Assembly (NCBI RefSeq): GCF_009914755.1
Contig: NC_060947.1
Length of the DNA: 64,000 bases
Direction: 5' to 3' (one strand)
Source: the human T2T-CHM13v2.0 reference genome, Homo sapiens
In this document: one piece after another, positions 1 to 16,045 of the stretch
Layout of the letters: each line of letters opens with the position of its first letter
Position numbering within the stretch: position 1 is the first letter of the stretch
Notes under the pieces: model-generated
What the model was told of the DNA's origin: nothing
What the model saw: only the letters and a program-made list of their open reading frames with translations
The model's database searches: none
Made by a program: the position numbers and the translations under genes

Positions 1-1514
<1,514 letters not shown>

Positions 1515-1729
1515 GAAACTTAGTTTAGTGTGTTGGTCGTGCGAGGGAGAAACAGCATGAGAGAACACATTACAGTGAGAAACCATATGATGTGTTTCAT
1601 ATGGGGTGATATTCCATTCATTATTATTGGAGTTCCAAGTGTAACACACTGAGCAGTAAAAGTGGTGTGTGCGGAAACATCTCCTGGAGAGTCTTGTCAG
1701 TAATATTGAGGAATTCGGACTTTATTCCG

Positions 1730-2500
1730 CTAATGTTATGAATCGTATTAATAGATTTCTTAACATTGAGCCATCATTGCTTTCTGGGAATGAGCTCCAT
1801 TTGTGCTGCTTTATTCTATTTGCTAAAATTTTATTTAGGGTATTTGAGTCAATATTCATGAGTAAAATTGATCTGTTGGCTTTTAAAAAAATAATATATT
1901 TGTCAGGTTTTGGTATTGGTGATATTTTGCCTTTGTAAGACATTGAAAACTGTCCTTTCCCATCTGTGTCAGTGGTTCTCAAACTTTTATGCACATAAGA
2001 ATGACTTGAGAAGCTTGATAAAAATGCACATTCCCAGACCTCACATTCACAGGCTATAATTTGACAATTCTGGATTACAAAAGCAAATTTGAGCACCTCA
2101 GGTGCTCCTGAATCAGATAATTTAGGAGCAGACTTTTTTGAGAAACAATGTAATATGCTCTAGGCCAGTGTAAATAGCATTGGAGTTACTCTTCTTAAAA
2201 TGTTTCATGGAATACATTCATAAAAACACTCAGACGTTTCAAGAGGTGAACTCTTCAACAACTAAAATTTTTTTCTATATAACTTTTCTGTCTAGATTTC
2301 CTATGTCTTCTGGGCTTAATTTTTTTAATGTATATTCTCCAAGAAAATAATCCATTGCATTCAGGTTTTCAAATGTAAACACAAGCTAAGAGTTGTGCTA
2401 AGCATTATTATAATTTTGATTTCATCAATATCTGCAGCTATTTCTTCATTCTAGTTCCTAATTTTGTCTGATTTTACTACTGTTAGTTTCTGGACATTAT
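1730..2500 (-). mobile_element. Ancient L1M ORF2 fragment
   Basis: Minus-strand translation contains IPKPDK...[24 protein letters not shown], a diverged match to L1 ORF2 [24 protein letters not shown]. Confidence 0.75.
1970..2150. mobile_element. MER5-like hAT-Charlie DNA transposon relic nested in the L1M
   Basis: About 180 bp bounded by imperfect terminal inverted repeats cagtggttctcaaa ... tttgagaaacaatg. Confidence 0.65.
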
Positions 2501-2549
2501 AAGATTTTGGTTTTTTGTCTTTCTTACAAGATGTTGAAGAAGTTTATTT

Positions 2550-2900
2550 TTTCAACTTTAATAAACATTTATAATGTAGTTTAACATATTACAGAAAAAA
2601 TTAGACTCATAAGCATACATTTGGTAAATTTTCACAAAGGGAATACACTCATTAACCCATACTACATCAAGAAATAGAACATTAAGCATATCCTAGAAGT
2701 CCCTGTGTGTTTTTTCCTAATCAGTATATTGTCTCTCCAGAGGCAACCACTGTCCTGACCCCCAACACCATACATGTATCTACTCTTTTGTGTCTGGCTT
2801 CTTTCATTCAACATTATGATTTTGAGGCTCATCCACATCTTTGTATACAGCAGTGTTTCAATTTCCAGTGCTATATGTTATATTGTATGAAATACACTTT
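2550..2900 (-). mobile_element. Ancient L1ME-type 3' end
   Basis: Resembles L1ME 3'UTR (catcaagaaatagaacatt ... tgtctggcttctttcattcaacattatg). Confidence 0.55.
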
Positions 2901-3062
2901 ATATTTAATATCCAATTGAATATTTTTGTAGTTTTATTAATTTTTGGTTTTATCATTCTCTAATTTGAATATGATCTAAATTATTTCTGTTTTAAATTTA
3001 CTAAGCTTTTTTTAAATTGAGTTATTGCAAATTTACCATAGTGAAATGAAAAGAAGCTATAT

Positions 3063-3494
3063 ACTATTTACAATGGCAAAGTCATGGAACCAACCCAAAT
3101 GCCCATCAATGATAGACTGGATAAAGAAAATGTGGTACATATACACTACGGAATACTACAAAGCCATAAAAAGGAATTAGATTATATCCTTTGCAGAGAC
3201 ATGGATGAAGCTGGAAGGTATCATCCTCAGCAAACTAACACAGGAACAGAAAACCAAACACCACATGTTCTCACTCATAAGTGGGAGTTGAACAATGAGA
3301 ACACATGGATACAGGGAGGGGAACGACACACACCAGGGCCTGTTGTGGGATTGGGGGGCAAGGGGAGGGAACTTAGAGGATGGGTCAATAGGTGCAGCAA
3401 ACCACCATGGCACATGTATACCTATATAACAATCCTGCACGTTGTGCACATGTATCCTGGAACTTAAAGTAAAATAAAATAAAATTTAAAAAGA
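3063..3494 (+). mobile_element. 5'-truncated L1PA (about PA8-11) 3' end with TSD
   Basis: L1 ORF2 end, 3'UTR and A-rich tail; flanking direct repeat gaagctatat at 3053-3062 and 3498-3507. Confidence 0.9.
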
Positions 3495-4293
3495 AAGGAA
3501 GCTATATTTTCTGTTTTCAGGGTACATAGTTCAATGCTTATTTTATTAATGTACCTTTAAAATTTTGAAGTTTTATAGGTCACCTGTATTCTTTTTTAAA
3601 ATAACTTTTAAGTTCAGGGATAGCAGGTTTGTTACATAGGTAAACTGCATGCCACGGGGGTTTGGTGTACAGATTATTTAGTCACCCAGGTAATAAGTAT
3701 ACTACCAGATAGATATTTTTTCCTGATACTCTCTCTCCTTCCACCCTCCACCCTCAAGTAGGCCCTGGTGTCTGTCATTCCCCTCTTTGTGTACATGTGT
3801 TCTCATTGCTTAGCTCCCACCTATAAGTGAGAACAACCGGTATTTGGTATTCTGTTTCTGAGTTAAGTTGCTTAGGATAATGGCCTCTACCTCCATTTAT
3901 GTTGCTGAAAAGGACAAGATCTCATTCTTTTTTATGTCTGTGCAGTATTCCATGGTATATATGTACCACATTTTCCTTATTCAGTTTATCGTTGATGGGC
4001 ATTTAGGTTGCTTCCATGTCTTTGCTATTGCAAATAGTGCTGCAATGAACATACACATGCATGTCTTTATGGTAGAGCAATTTATAATGTTTTGGGTATA
4101 CACCCAATAATGTGATTGCTGGATCGAATGGTAGTTCTGTTTCAAGTTTTTGGAGAAATTGCTATACCGTTTTCCACAATGGCTGAACAGTTCCACTAGC
4201 AGTTTATAAATGTGTTCCTTTTCCTCTGCAACTTGATTTGACATTTCTGATTTGGCTCTCAGTTTGGATGCTGTTGGTATACAGGAGTGCTAG

Positions 4294-4800
<507 letters not shown>

Positions 4801-7800
4801 TTTTATTTCTTTCTCTTGTCTGATTGTTCTGGCCAGGATTTCCGCTACTATATTGAATAGAAGTGGTGATAGAGCACATCCCTGTCTTGCTCCGGTTTTC
4901 AAGGGGAATGCATCCAGCTTTTGCCCATTCAGTATGATGTTGGCTGTGGGTTTGTCATAGACGGCTCTTATTATTTTAAAGTACGTTGCTTCAATGCCTA
5001 CTTTATTGAGGGTTTTTTAAAACGAAGAGATGTTGAATTTTATCAAAAGCCTTTTCTGCATCTATTGAGATGATCATGAGGTTTTTGTTTTTAGTTCTGT
5101 TTATATGATGAATCACATTTATTGGTTTGTGTATGTTGAACCAATCTTGTATCCCAAGGATAAAGACTGTTTGATTGTGGTGGATTAGCTTTTTGATGTG
5201 TGGCTGGATTCTATTTGCTAGCACTTTTGCATCTATGTTCATCAAGAATATTGGCCTGAAGTTTTCTTTTCTGGGTGTCTCTGCCAGGTTTTGGTATCAG
5301 CATGATGCTGTCCTCGTAGAATGAGACGACCCCTCAATTTTAAGGAATAGTTTCAGTAGCAATGGTATCAGCTCTTCTTTATACATCTGTAAGAATTCAG
5401 CTATGAATCCATCTAGTCCTAGGTTTTTGGGATTGGTAGGCTTTTTACTACTGATTCAATTTTGGAACTCGTTATTACTCTGTTCAGGGTTTCAATGTCT
5501 TCCTGGTTCAGTCTTGGGAGGTTATATGAGTCTAGGAATTTATCGATTTATTCTAGATTTTTTAGTTTGTGTGCATAGAGGTGTCACAATAGTCTCAGGA
5601 TTTTTTGTATTTCAGTGGAGTAAGTGGTAACATCTCCTTTGTCATTTCTAATTGTGTTTATTTGGATCTTCCCTCATTTTCTTTGTTAGTCTACCTAGTG
5701 GTCTATGCATCTTACTAGTATTTTCAAAAAAAGTCAACTCCTGGATTCGTTGACCTTTTGTATTTTTTGTGTGTGTGTGTGCTTCAATTTCCTTCAGTCC
5801 AGTTCAGTTTTTGGTTACTTTCTTGTCTTCTGCTAGTTTTAGGGTTGGTTTCTTCTTGCTTCTCTACTTCCTCTAGTTGTGTGTTAGGTTTTTAATTTAG
5901 ATCTTTCTAACTTTTTGATGTGGGTGTTTAGTACTGTTAACTTCCCTCTTAACACTGCTTTAGCTGTGTCCCAGATATTCTGGCATGTTGTATCTTTGTT
6001 CTCATTAGTTTCAAAGAACTTCTTGACTTCTGTCTTAATTTCATTATTTAGCCAAAACTCATTAGGAGCAGGTTGTTTAATTTCCATGTAACTGCATGAT
6101 GTTGAGTGATTTTCATATCATTGATTTCTATTTTTATTGCACTGTTGTCCTAGAGTGTGTTTGGTATGTTTTCAGTTTTTTAAAATTTGATGTTGAAGGT
6201 TTTATGTCCAATTGTGTGGTCAATTTTAGCATATGTGCCATGAGGTGATGAGGAGAATGTATATTCTGTTGTTTTGGGGTTGAGAGTTCTGTAGATGTCT
6301 GTTAAGGCCATGTGGTCAAGTGTTGAGTTCAGGTCCTGAATATATTTTGTAAATTTTCTGCCTTGATGATCTAACACTGTTAGTGGGGTGTTAAAGTCTC
6401 CCACTATTATTGTGTGGGAACCTAAGTCTCTTTGTAAGTTTCTAAGAACTTGTTTTATGAATCTGGGTGCTGTGTTGGATGCATATATATTTGGGATAGT
6501 TAGGACTTCTTGTTGAATTGAACCTTTTACCATTATACAATGTCCTTCTTTGTTTTTTATTTTTTATCTTTCTTGGCTTAAAGTCTGTTTTGTTTGAAAT
6601 TGGGATGACAATCCCTTTTTTCTGTTTTCCATTTGCTTGGTAGATATTTATTCATCCCTTTATTTTGAACGTGTGACTGGCACTGCACATGAGATGGGTC
6701 TCTTAAAGATAGTATATCATTGGGTCTTGCTTTATCCAGCTTGCCACTCTGAACTTTTAATTGGGGCATTTAGTCCATTTACATTCAAGGTCAGTATTGA
6801 TATGTGTGGATTTGATCCTGTCATTGTGTTGTTAGCTGGTTATTATGAAGACTTGTTTGTGTCATTACTTTATAGTGACACTGCTCTGTGTACTTAAGTG
6901 TGTTTTTATATTGGCTGGTAATAGTCTTTCCTTTCCATATTTATCACGCCTTTCAGGACCTCTTATAAGGCAGGCTTGGTGGTAATAAACTCCCTTAGCA
7001 TTTGCTTGTCTGAAAAGCTTCACTTATGAAGCTTGGTTTGGCTGGATACGAAATTCTTGGTTGGAAATTCTTTTGTTTAAGAATGCTGAATATAGGCTCC
7101 CAGTGACTTCTGGCTTGTAGGATTTCTTCTGAAAGATCCACTATTAGCCTGATGGGGGTCCCTTTGTAGATGACCTGCCCCATCTCTATAGCTGTCTTTA
7201 ACATGTTTTGTTTTGTTTTTTTCCATTTCGACCTTGGAAAATCTGATGATTATATGTCTTGGGAGTGGATTTCTTCTGTAGTATCTCACAAAGGTTCTCT
7301 GCATTTCTTGAATTTTAATGTTGGCCTCCTTAGTGAGGTTGGGGAGGTTTTCATGGACCATATCCTGAAATATGTTTCCAAGTTGCTTGTTTTCTCCATG
7401 TCTCTTTCAGGGACACAAATGAGTCATAAATTTGGTCCCTTACATAATCCCATATTTCTTGGAGGTTTCGTTCATTCTTTTTTATTCTTTTTTCTGTATT
7501 TTTGTCTGACTGAGTTATTTCAGAGAGCCAGTTTTAAAGTTCTGAGATTCTTTCCTCAGCTCAGTCTATTCTGTTGTTAGTACTAGCAATTGCATTATAA
7601 AATTCTTGTAGTGTGTTTTTCAGCTATATTAGATCAGTTTGGTTCTTTTTTATAATGGCTATTTCTTCTATCAGCTCCTGTGTTGCTTTGTTGTAATCCT
7701 TAGATTCCTTGGATTGGGTGTCAACTTTCTGCTGAATCTTGATGATCTTTATTCCTATCCATATTCTCAATTCTATTTCTGTCATTTCAGCCATTTTGGC

Positions 7801-8051
7801 CCTGTTAAGAACCCTTGCTGGGGAATTAGCCTGGTTGTTTAGAGGAAAGAGGCCACTCTGGTTTTTAAGTTCCCAGAGTTCTTGCTGTGGTTCTTTCTCA
7901 TCTGTGTGGGCCTGTGTTCCTTTAACTGTGGTGTAATTTGAGTACAGACAGTAGACTTCTTTTCTGGACGTTTTCAGAGTGTCAAGGCTTTGTGCAGGGT
8001 CTTTATTTATAGCTGAATTGTTGTCCTTGATTTCACAAGGGGGGTATATTA

Positions 8052-9215
<1,164 letters not shown>

Positions 9216-11609
9216 GTTTTGGCCTGTGATCCAATAGGTGGTGCTTAAGAAAAACAGTCTGTCGGTAGGCTCTTGCTCAGCCAAGTGGCTCCTCTGTATT
9301 TCCTCATGATTGCAGCTGGACTCCCTCTCCGTGCTCTGAAAGTGTGTGCTCCTCTCCCACTTGAGTGCTGGCTGCAGATCTCAGCTTGACACTCCCAGGT
9401 TGCACACCACAGCTCTGGGGTGAGCTCAGGCTTTATGCTCTCTCCCCACCTTGGAGGCAGCAGGGGAAGGGGCCTTAGCAGTGGTTGTGGCAGAGGGCCT
9501 TTCACTTGTCTCTTGGGGTTTCGCCCCAGAGACATGTGGAGCTACCATCAATTGGTGCAATGGGCCCAGGATGGGGTGGCTGCACTGTGGGCCCAAGCTG
9601 GGGGGTAGAGGAGGTGAGGGGGCCTGCCTGGTAACAAGCGGGCGGTGCATGTGGGTAACAAGGGAGACAAACTGGCCTCTTCTCTTGAGAGGAACTGCAG
9701 CTTGCTGGAGGTGTGGTTAAAGCACTTAGGGTCTTTGCTCCTTACCCAGTCCGAGGGCAGCAAGGGCAGTACCACTGCAGTGGCAAAAGCCCAGAGGGGC
9801 TTTTGGTTGCCTCTGGGAGCTCCACCTCAGGGAAATGCAGATTGTTCAGCCAGGGGGTGGGGCGACTGCACTGTTGGCCTGAGCTGGGGCCCCACTTGTT
9901 GAGGAGCACGGGGTCAAGGGCTCACAGGGAGTAGAGACTGAACTCCTCTCCATATGGTGACTGTGGCCTATTGGGAGGTTGGGTGAAACTCTCAGGCTCT
10001 TTGTTTCTTCCCCAGACTGAGGACAACAGGGGCAGAACCATTGCTGTGGTAGTAGCAGACGGGCTGTCCGTTACTTCTGGGAGCCCCTCCCCGGGGAAAC
10101 TCAGAGCCACTAGCAGTGGGTGTGCTCAGCTGTGGGTGAGGCAGTTGATCTGTGATCCTGACCAGGGGCCCTGCCTGGTGAAGAGTGAGGGGTGGGGGCT
10201 CACAAGGAAAGGAGACTGGATTCCTCTCCATATGGTGGCTGCAGTGTGCTGAAAGAGCCAGCATAGTGACTAAACCTGTTGTTCCTTCCCTAGCCTGAGA
10301 GTGGTTATGGCAGTACCACCGCAGCTGCAATGGCAGAGGGGTTGTGGTTTTTTCTGGGATTTCTTCTTTATAGAACTGCAGAGCTACCTCCAATTAAAGC
10401 GTTCAGGTGAAGGCAGTGTAGTTGTGCTGGAGTCTCAGGTTGCAAGGGCTCGCCTAGTAAGGAGAAGTGTGAACAGGGACCCATGTGGAAAATGGTAAGG
10501 TCACTTTTTCCATGAGGCGTCTGGGTTGTGCTGGGGATCTGCACCAGTCCCTAGTCACCAAGCACTCCACAGCCTGAAAGCAACAGCGACAAGGGCTGTG
10601 AGACAGCAAAAATGGCAGCTTACCTCTGCCTGTGGGAGCTTCCATCCCAGGGAAATGGAGAGTTGCTATCAGCCCGAGATCTGCCACAGTGGGTGGCAGG
10701 GGGTGGCTGTAGTCCCAGGCCAGTAGGATTTAATCCTTGGAGGTACAGTAGAGGTGAGGCGTGCAGTCAGTAGCTGCTCAGCCAACTGGATTCAGCCCCT
10801 TTCCTGGGGGCATGCAAGGGAACCTGACCTCCCCCATTGACGGAGTTACAGCCACTATTGCAGGGATCCAAGCTTCCTGGGACTCCATATGTCCTGAGCG
10901 GCAGCTTTGCCCAAATTCCCTGTAGCCCTGCATGACAGTCTGAGAGCTACAGACTGTGGAGTGGGCTCACAAGGGGATGTCCTGAGCCCAGGGTTGCAAA
11001 GGTCTGTAGTATAAGTATGGGTCCCCGGGGACTCTAACTCATGCGCTATTTCCGGGTAGTGGGGAACTCTCCCCTGGCTCTACGCCCCTCATGGGTGGGC
11101 AGTTGTCCTGTGTGGCTCCTCTCCATTCTCTGTGGGTTGTTTCCTTGATGAATCCCAATGTGTACACCTGGATGTATCAGTTGAGGAGCTAGGATTTACT
11201 CACCACCTTTTATTCTATCCATGAGCTAGAAGTACACTAGCTGCTTTTAGTCAGCCATCTTGAGAAGAATCCATTTATTACCTTCCCTCCCCCGATATTC
11301 TTGCCTTTTGTTTGTCATCCATCATAGGCTGAAAGAAACATGTCAAATATATAGATTAAATATTCCTAGTGTTTTATACATTCCACTTTGCACTTTGTTC
11401 CCTATAATTTTTGCTTTATACATTCTGATGATAGTTTATTTTGTGCATAAAGATTCATGGAAATTAAACCCACATTGTCTTGTTTACAGCTTTTTGTCTG
11501 ATTTCATACTTCTATGATGATAATAGCATGCTCCTCTTTTTAATTTGCATTTTATTACTATGTTTTTGTCCATCTTTTTTAGTTTCATTCTTTCTTTGTC
11601 ATTTTTATC

Positions 11610-12260
11610 AGCTTTATTCATATAAAATAAACTGAACATATTTAAAGTGTATAATTTGATCATTTTGAATTACATATACACCTGTAAAACCATCAAAGCA
11701 ATGAAGACAATGTACATATTCATCACCTTCAAAAGTTTTCTCACCCCTCTTGGTAATCCCTGCTTCCAGTCCAAATCTTTCCCACCCTGTCACAGGCAAT
11801 TACTGTTCTGCTTTATTTCACTAAAGGCTAATTGGCATTCTCTAGATTTTTATATAAATGGAATCACTCAGTAGGAAATTTTTGCTGTCTGGCTTCTTTC
11901 ATTCAGCATAATTATTTTGAGATGTATCCATGCTGTTGCATGCATCATTAGTTCATTCCTTTCATTCCTTTTTATTGCTGAGTAGTATTCCATTATATAC
12001 GTATAGCACATTTTGTTTATTCACTTGTTGATTGACATTTGGGTTGTTTCCATTCCAACGTTGATGGACATTTGGGTTGTTTTGTCCATTACAAACAAAG
12101 CTGCTATGAATATTAGTATATGAGTATTCACATATACATATATTTTCATTTCTTTTGGGAAACTAGGTAGCAGTGAACTGGCTGGATCATATGGCAGGTA
12201 TATATTTTCAGAGACTGCCAAACTTTTTTCCAAAGTTGTTAATATCTAATTTTACATTAT
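11610..12260 (-). mobile_element. Ancient L1MB/ME-type 3' end
   Basis: Minus-strand translation LPYDPASSLL..KEMKIYV..IFIAALFV; typical old L1 3'UTR text. Confidence 0.7.
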
Positions 12261-12874
12261 CAGTAGCCATGTATTTTACTTTGTTTGGATGCTGAATACT
12301 TTTGTATTCCTTTAAAGTTTCTTAGCTTTGTTTTTGACACAGTTAATTTCCTTGGAAAGAAATTTAATCCTTTGGGGGTCTTATAAGTTTTGTTAGGCAA
12401 AGACAAGAGCAGTATTTATTCTAGGGCTAATTTTGCTCCTTGATGGATGCAAGTCCTTTCTGAGGAGTATTCTACCTAATATTACTGAAATATGAACTTT
12501 TCCAGTTTGTCTGGTGGAAAGAGTTATTCCTAGCTCTTTGTGAACTCCAGAGATAATTTTCCCTGACCTTTTCCGATGATTCTTTCCCCAGCCTTGGGTA
12601 GTTTCTTTATATGCGTGTGTTTATCCGTTCTCTCCTGAATATTCAAGAAGGACCTTCTGCAGTTTTCTGAAGTTCTCTCTGTGCAGCTCTCTCTTCTATA
12701 CTCTTTTCTGCTAACTCTAGCCGTTTTGGTCTCTCCAAACTGCCAATTCTGTCTCCACAGCACAAGCATCTGCCAGGTTCTAAGTGAGTTTCCCCTCAAG
12801 TCAGTAAGCTGGGACAATTGTAGACTTCAACACAGTTGTTTCTCACCATTTAGAGATCACTGTCCTTTGTTGCC

Positions 12875-13246
12875 TGCATTGGTCTGAATGTTTGTGTCCC
12901 CTTCCTCCAAATTCATGTGTTGAAAGCTAATCCCCAATGTGATAGTCTTAAGAGGTCAGACCTTTGGAAAGTGATTAGGTCATGAATGCAGAGCCCTCAG
13001 GAATGGGATTGGTGCCATTATAAAAGAGGTTCCAGAGAGCTACCTTGTCCCTTCCACTATGTGAGGACACAGTGAAAAGGAGCAGTCTATGAACCAGAAA
13101 GTAGTCTCTAACCAAACACAGAATCTACTAGGGCCTTGATCTTTAACTTCACAGACTCCAGAACAGTTGTGAAAAATAAATTTCTGTTGTTTATAAGCTA
13201 CCCAATTTATGACATTTTGTTATAGCAGCCTGAATGCACTAAGACA
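12875..13246 (+). mobile_element. MLT1A-like solo LTR (ERVL-MaLR)
   Basis: About 370 bp, tg..tggtctgaatgtttgtgtcccc start, aataaatttctgttgtttataagctaccc, ends ctaagaca. Confidence 0.85.
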
Positions 13247-13922
13247 TCACCTAAGTTCCAGTACCTTGAAAAGTATTTTATATATTTCAGCCAGTTTGGT
13301 TGTTTCAGAAAGGGTAGTAAATGTAGCACCTGCTACCCCATCTTATTTTTAGTGCAACTCTACACACACATACACATTCGTATTCAGCTAAATGTCTTTC
13401 TCTTAATGGGTAAATTATCTCATTTCTACTTATTGACATGCCAATTCTTGCTTTTATTTGTTGTTTCATGCTATGCTTTGTTTATAATTTCTTTTGTGTT
13501 TTGTCTTTTCCTTTATTATCTACTTTTCCTTTGTTTAATTCAATTGTGTCCTCTGAAGTTGATATAGTTTTTAGTTCCAAATTCTATGTCAATAACTATA
13601 GTTTTATACAATAAATTTAAATTATGGTTTATTTATCAACTGTAGAGAATACATTAGTGACCACCCACTATAACGGATGCAATAATTACTACATAATACT
13701 TCCCAAAGTTGCCTCCACCTCCTGATTTCAGTTGTTTGTGTTCACATTTTTAGCTCTTCTGACAGTTGCATATTATATATATATATATGATGAAAAAGTC
13801 TTATTTCATTGGCTTTTTAAGCAGTTACTATGAAAGGTAAAGGAATAATATACTTAAATATTCTCCCAACTTCGCTCTAAGTTTACAATTGCTAATTTAG
13901 ATCAGAAAGAGTAGTTACATCA

Positions 13923-14676
<754 letters not shown>

Positions 14677-14837
14677 ATTGTTTTTATTCTGGTATGTAAC
14701 CATATATCCCACATTCTATTTTAAAATGTGTTCCATGTTTATCACCAATCCTTCTATTAATATTTCTTCACATGTATCTTAATTGGTTGAATTTTCACAG
14801 AGAACACTTTTCAGAAATTTTGTTATCTATCCTCATA

Positions 14838-15174
14838 GGACAAATAATGACCCCTTAGAGATGTCCAGACACTAATACTGGAATCCTGGAATCCTGGAAT
14901 CCTGATAATATGATGTATGAAATTGCAGGAGAAACTTAGGTGACAGAATTCAGGTTATTAACCAGCTAACATTAAGATAGGGAGATTATCCTGGGTTTCC
15001 AAAGAGGGACTAGTGTAATTGCATGAGCCTTGTGAGACTGTAAGCAGGGAAACCAGCCAAGCTATGAAACCAGCCCAGACTTCTGAACTACAGAAACTGA
15101 AATAATACATTTACGTTGTTTTAAGCCTTGAAATTTGTGGTAACTTGTTACAACAGCAATAGAAAACTGTTACA
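14838..15174 (+). mobile_element. MLT1D/E-like LTR
   Basis: gggagattatcctgg, ttgttttaagcc...aatttgtggtaacttgttacaacagcaatagaaaac..taca. Confidence 0.7.
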
Positions 15175-16045
15175 CCTGCCTTCTTGCACATGTCTGTGAT
15201 CATAATAATTGAGTGACAACTTGACTGTGTAAAATTTTGGTTGGTCTTATTTTCTTCTCCTTAAGACATTGCAGGCACTTCTTCACTATTTGTTTTCTAG
15301 TATTGACTATCATTGTATAGAAGTCTGATGCCAGGCTGATTTTTTTTTTTTGGCCCTTAGAGTTGATTTGATGGGTCGGAGGGTAGCCTGGGCACACACA
15401 GGCTTCTTTTATTTAGAATAAGTGGAAGTAGAGTAATGTTAAGTAGAAATAGAATAATGTTAGCAGACTATGTCATGGTATTGATATTTTTATATGACAC
15501 AAAAGGCTAAACCAAAGGACAAGAAAAGACTGTATGTGAAAAAGAAAGTATGGGCAGTGCATATTCCATCCCAGGCATGCATTGTGAATTTGTGAAAGGA
15601 AAAGTAGAGCTTGCAGGTGGCATTTCCCATGACTCTCAGTTTTTAAGAGGCTTTCTGAAAATTCTCAGCAGAGACAAGCTATGCACTTCAATTATGCAGG
15701 TTATGATCTTCTTTTATTACTGCTCTTTGTTTTGTTTCATTTTCTGTTCTCTTCTTCAGAAATATTAATTGCACATTTGTTGCATCTTTGTTATTTTCCA
15801 TATTTAAATTTTTCCCCAGGTTTTTTTCAGATCTGTTTTCTTTTATATTTCAACTCTATCATTTTTCAAGCCACCCAGGTGGATTTCTATACAATGATTA
15901 TGATTGTATGTTCAGCAGTACCTAACCTCATTTAACATACAATGATTATGATTGTATGTTCAGTAGTACCTAAGCTCTCATTTCTATTATTCTTATTGTG
16001 CTTTTCATTTCTCTAAAAAAAAATTTATTCTTTCCTGTTACATAT

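Noticed and set aside
1583-1604. Hairpin ccatatga-tgtgtt-tcatatgg as an RNA gene or terminator
   Set aside because: An 8-bp stem is expected by chance in 64 kb and has no other RNA-gene features
9245-10726. Many overlapping 60-130-aa ORFs
   Set aside because: They fall in the GC-richer L1 5'UTR monomers, where stops are rare; no protein motif
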